Shown: positions 63,264 through 64,000 of the stretch, one piece after another
Position numbering within the stretch: the stretch's first letter is position 1
How the letters are laid out: every line of letters begins with the position of its first letter
DNA from: Zootoca vivipara
Lineage: Eukaryota
Direction: 5' to 3'
Length of the DNA: 64,000 nucleotides
Assembly (NCBI RefSeq): GCF_963506605.1
Contig: NC_083276.1
Span: 82,460,001-82,524,000, forward strand
Translations under genes and position numbers: made by a program
Notes under the pieces: model-generated
Seen by the model: the letters and a program-made list of their open reading frames with translations, nothing else
Told to the model about the DNA's origin: nothing
The model's database searches: none

Positions 63264-64000
63264 TATTTTAAACACTATGATACTACTTTAAACAGTCATG
63301 GCTTCTTCCAAAGAATGTGGGGAACTATAATTTATTAAGGGTGCTGAGAGTTCTTAGGAGACCCACATTCCTTTCCCAGACCTACATTTCCCAGAGTAGT
63401 TTAACAACCAATCCTTTTTCATGGGGAACTCTGGGAATTGTAACTATGGTAGTGAATATGGGTCTCCTAAAAGTTCTTAGCACGCTTAATATATTATAGC
63501 TCCCAGATTAATTTGGAAAAAGCATCCTGCTTTTGCACTATACAGCTTTCGGTGAATGCTGAAGATACACCTTTTTGCCCTCGTCTTTGAGAGCTGAAAT
63601 ATCCATTTTCAGAACCCACCACATTCCTGTGATTCTACCTTTGTTTTAAATAGTGTTTGATACTAAGTGTCAAAGGATTGCCAGCAGTAAATCACACTGT
63701 GCATGCTGGAGTTCACTCTTTATTAGCAAAAACACATTCCACACAGGAGTGTCAGGCCTACTGGGCACAGCAACTCATCTCTGGTAGGACTTGCCGCCAT
63801 GAAGCAGTTGCAGAGACTGAAGTTCCTTGCCTCCTGACAGGTGCCTAAGTCCCCTCCACTCCAGGGTTTTTCCCAAGCAATAAGAGACAATGTGCATCAC
63901 CAATCTCCCCTCTGCCCTTCTCATGCTTCTCCTCGATCTGGCAAATCTCAGCTGGGCCAGCCAGAATAAAAAGCTGGGGAGGAGACCTGAGAGAAGACTG

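Overview
Vertebrate genomic DNA, most likely from a squamate (probably a lacertid lizard, inferred from the BovB, Squam3-type SINE and hAT MITE content). The window is a class II olfactory receptor (OR) cluster, family 5-like. It holds seven complete OR ORFs on the + strand, one OR running off the left edge on the - strand, and two OR 3' remnants, in three sequence subfamilies (MEY-, MxEGN- and MKQN-starting). Between the genes lie a very young Tf1/sushi-type chromovirus (Ty3/gypsy; LTRs differ at 2 of 427 bp), a near full-length RTE-BovB with an inverted 5' half, L1/L2/CR1 fragments, SINEs, solo LTRs, many hAT and Tc1/mariner MITEs, and one assembly gap. Main observations: (1) the chromovirus integrase has a long acidic tail with two D/E-F-L-G-F motifs resembling LEDGF/TFIIS-N-domain-binding motifs, reads through into the LTR, and appears to self-prime; (2) the BovB has twin-priming geometry and sits on a duplication/inversion boundary; (3) a recurrent non-coding cassette (homeodomain site, O/E-like site, TATA, short exon, splice donor) appears to have been shuffled between OR subfamilies; (4) one intact OR ORF has lost its splice acceptor. 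All alignments were made by eye, and family names come from recall, not database searches.
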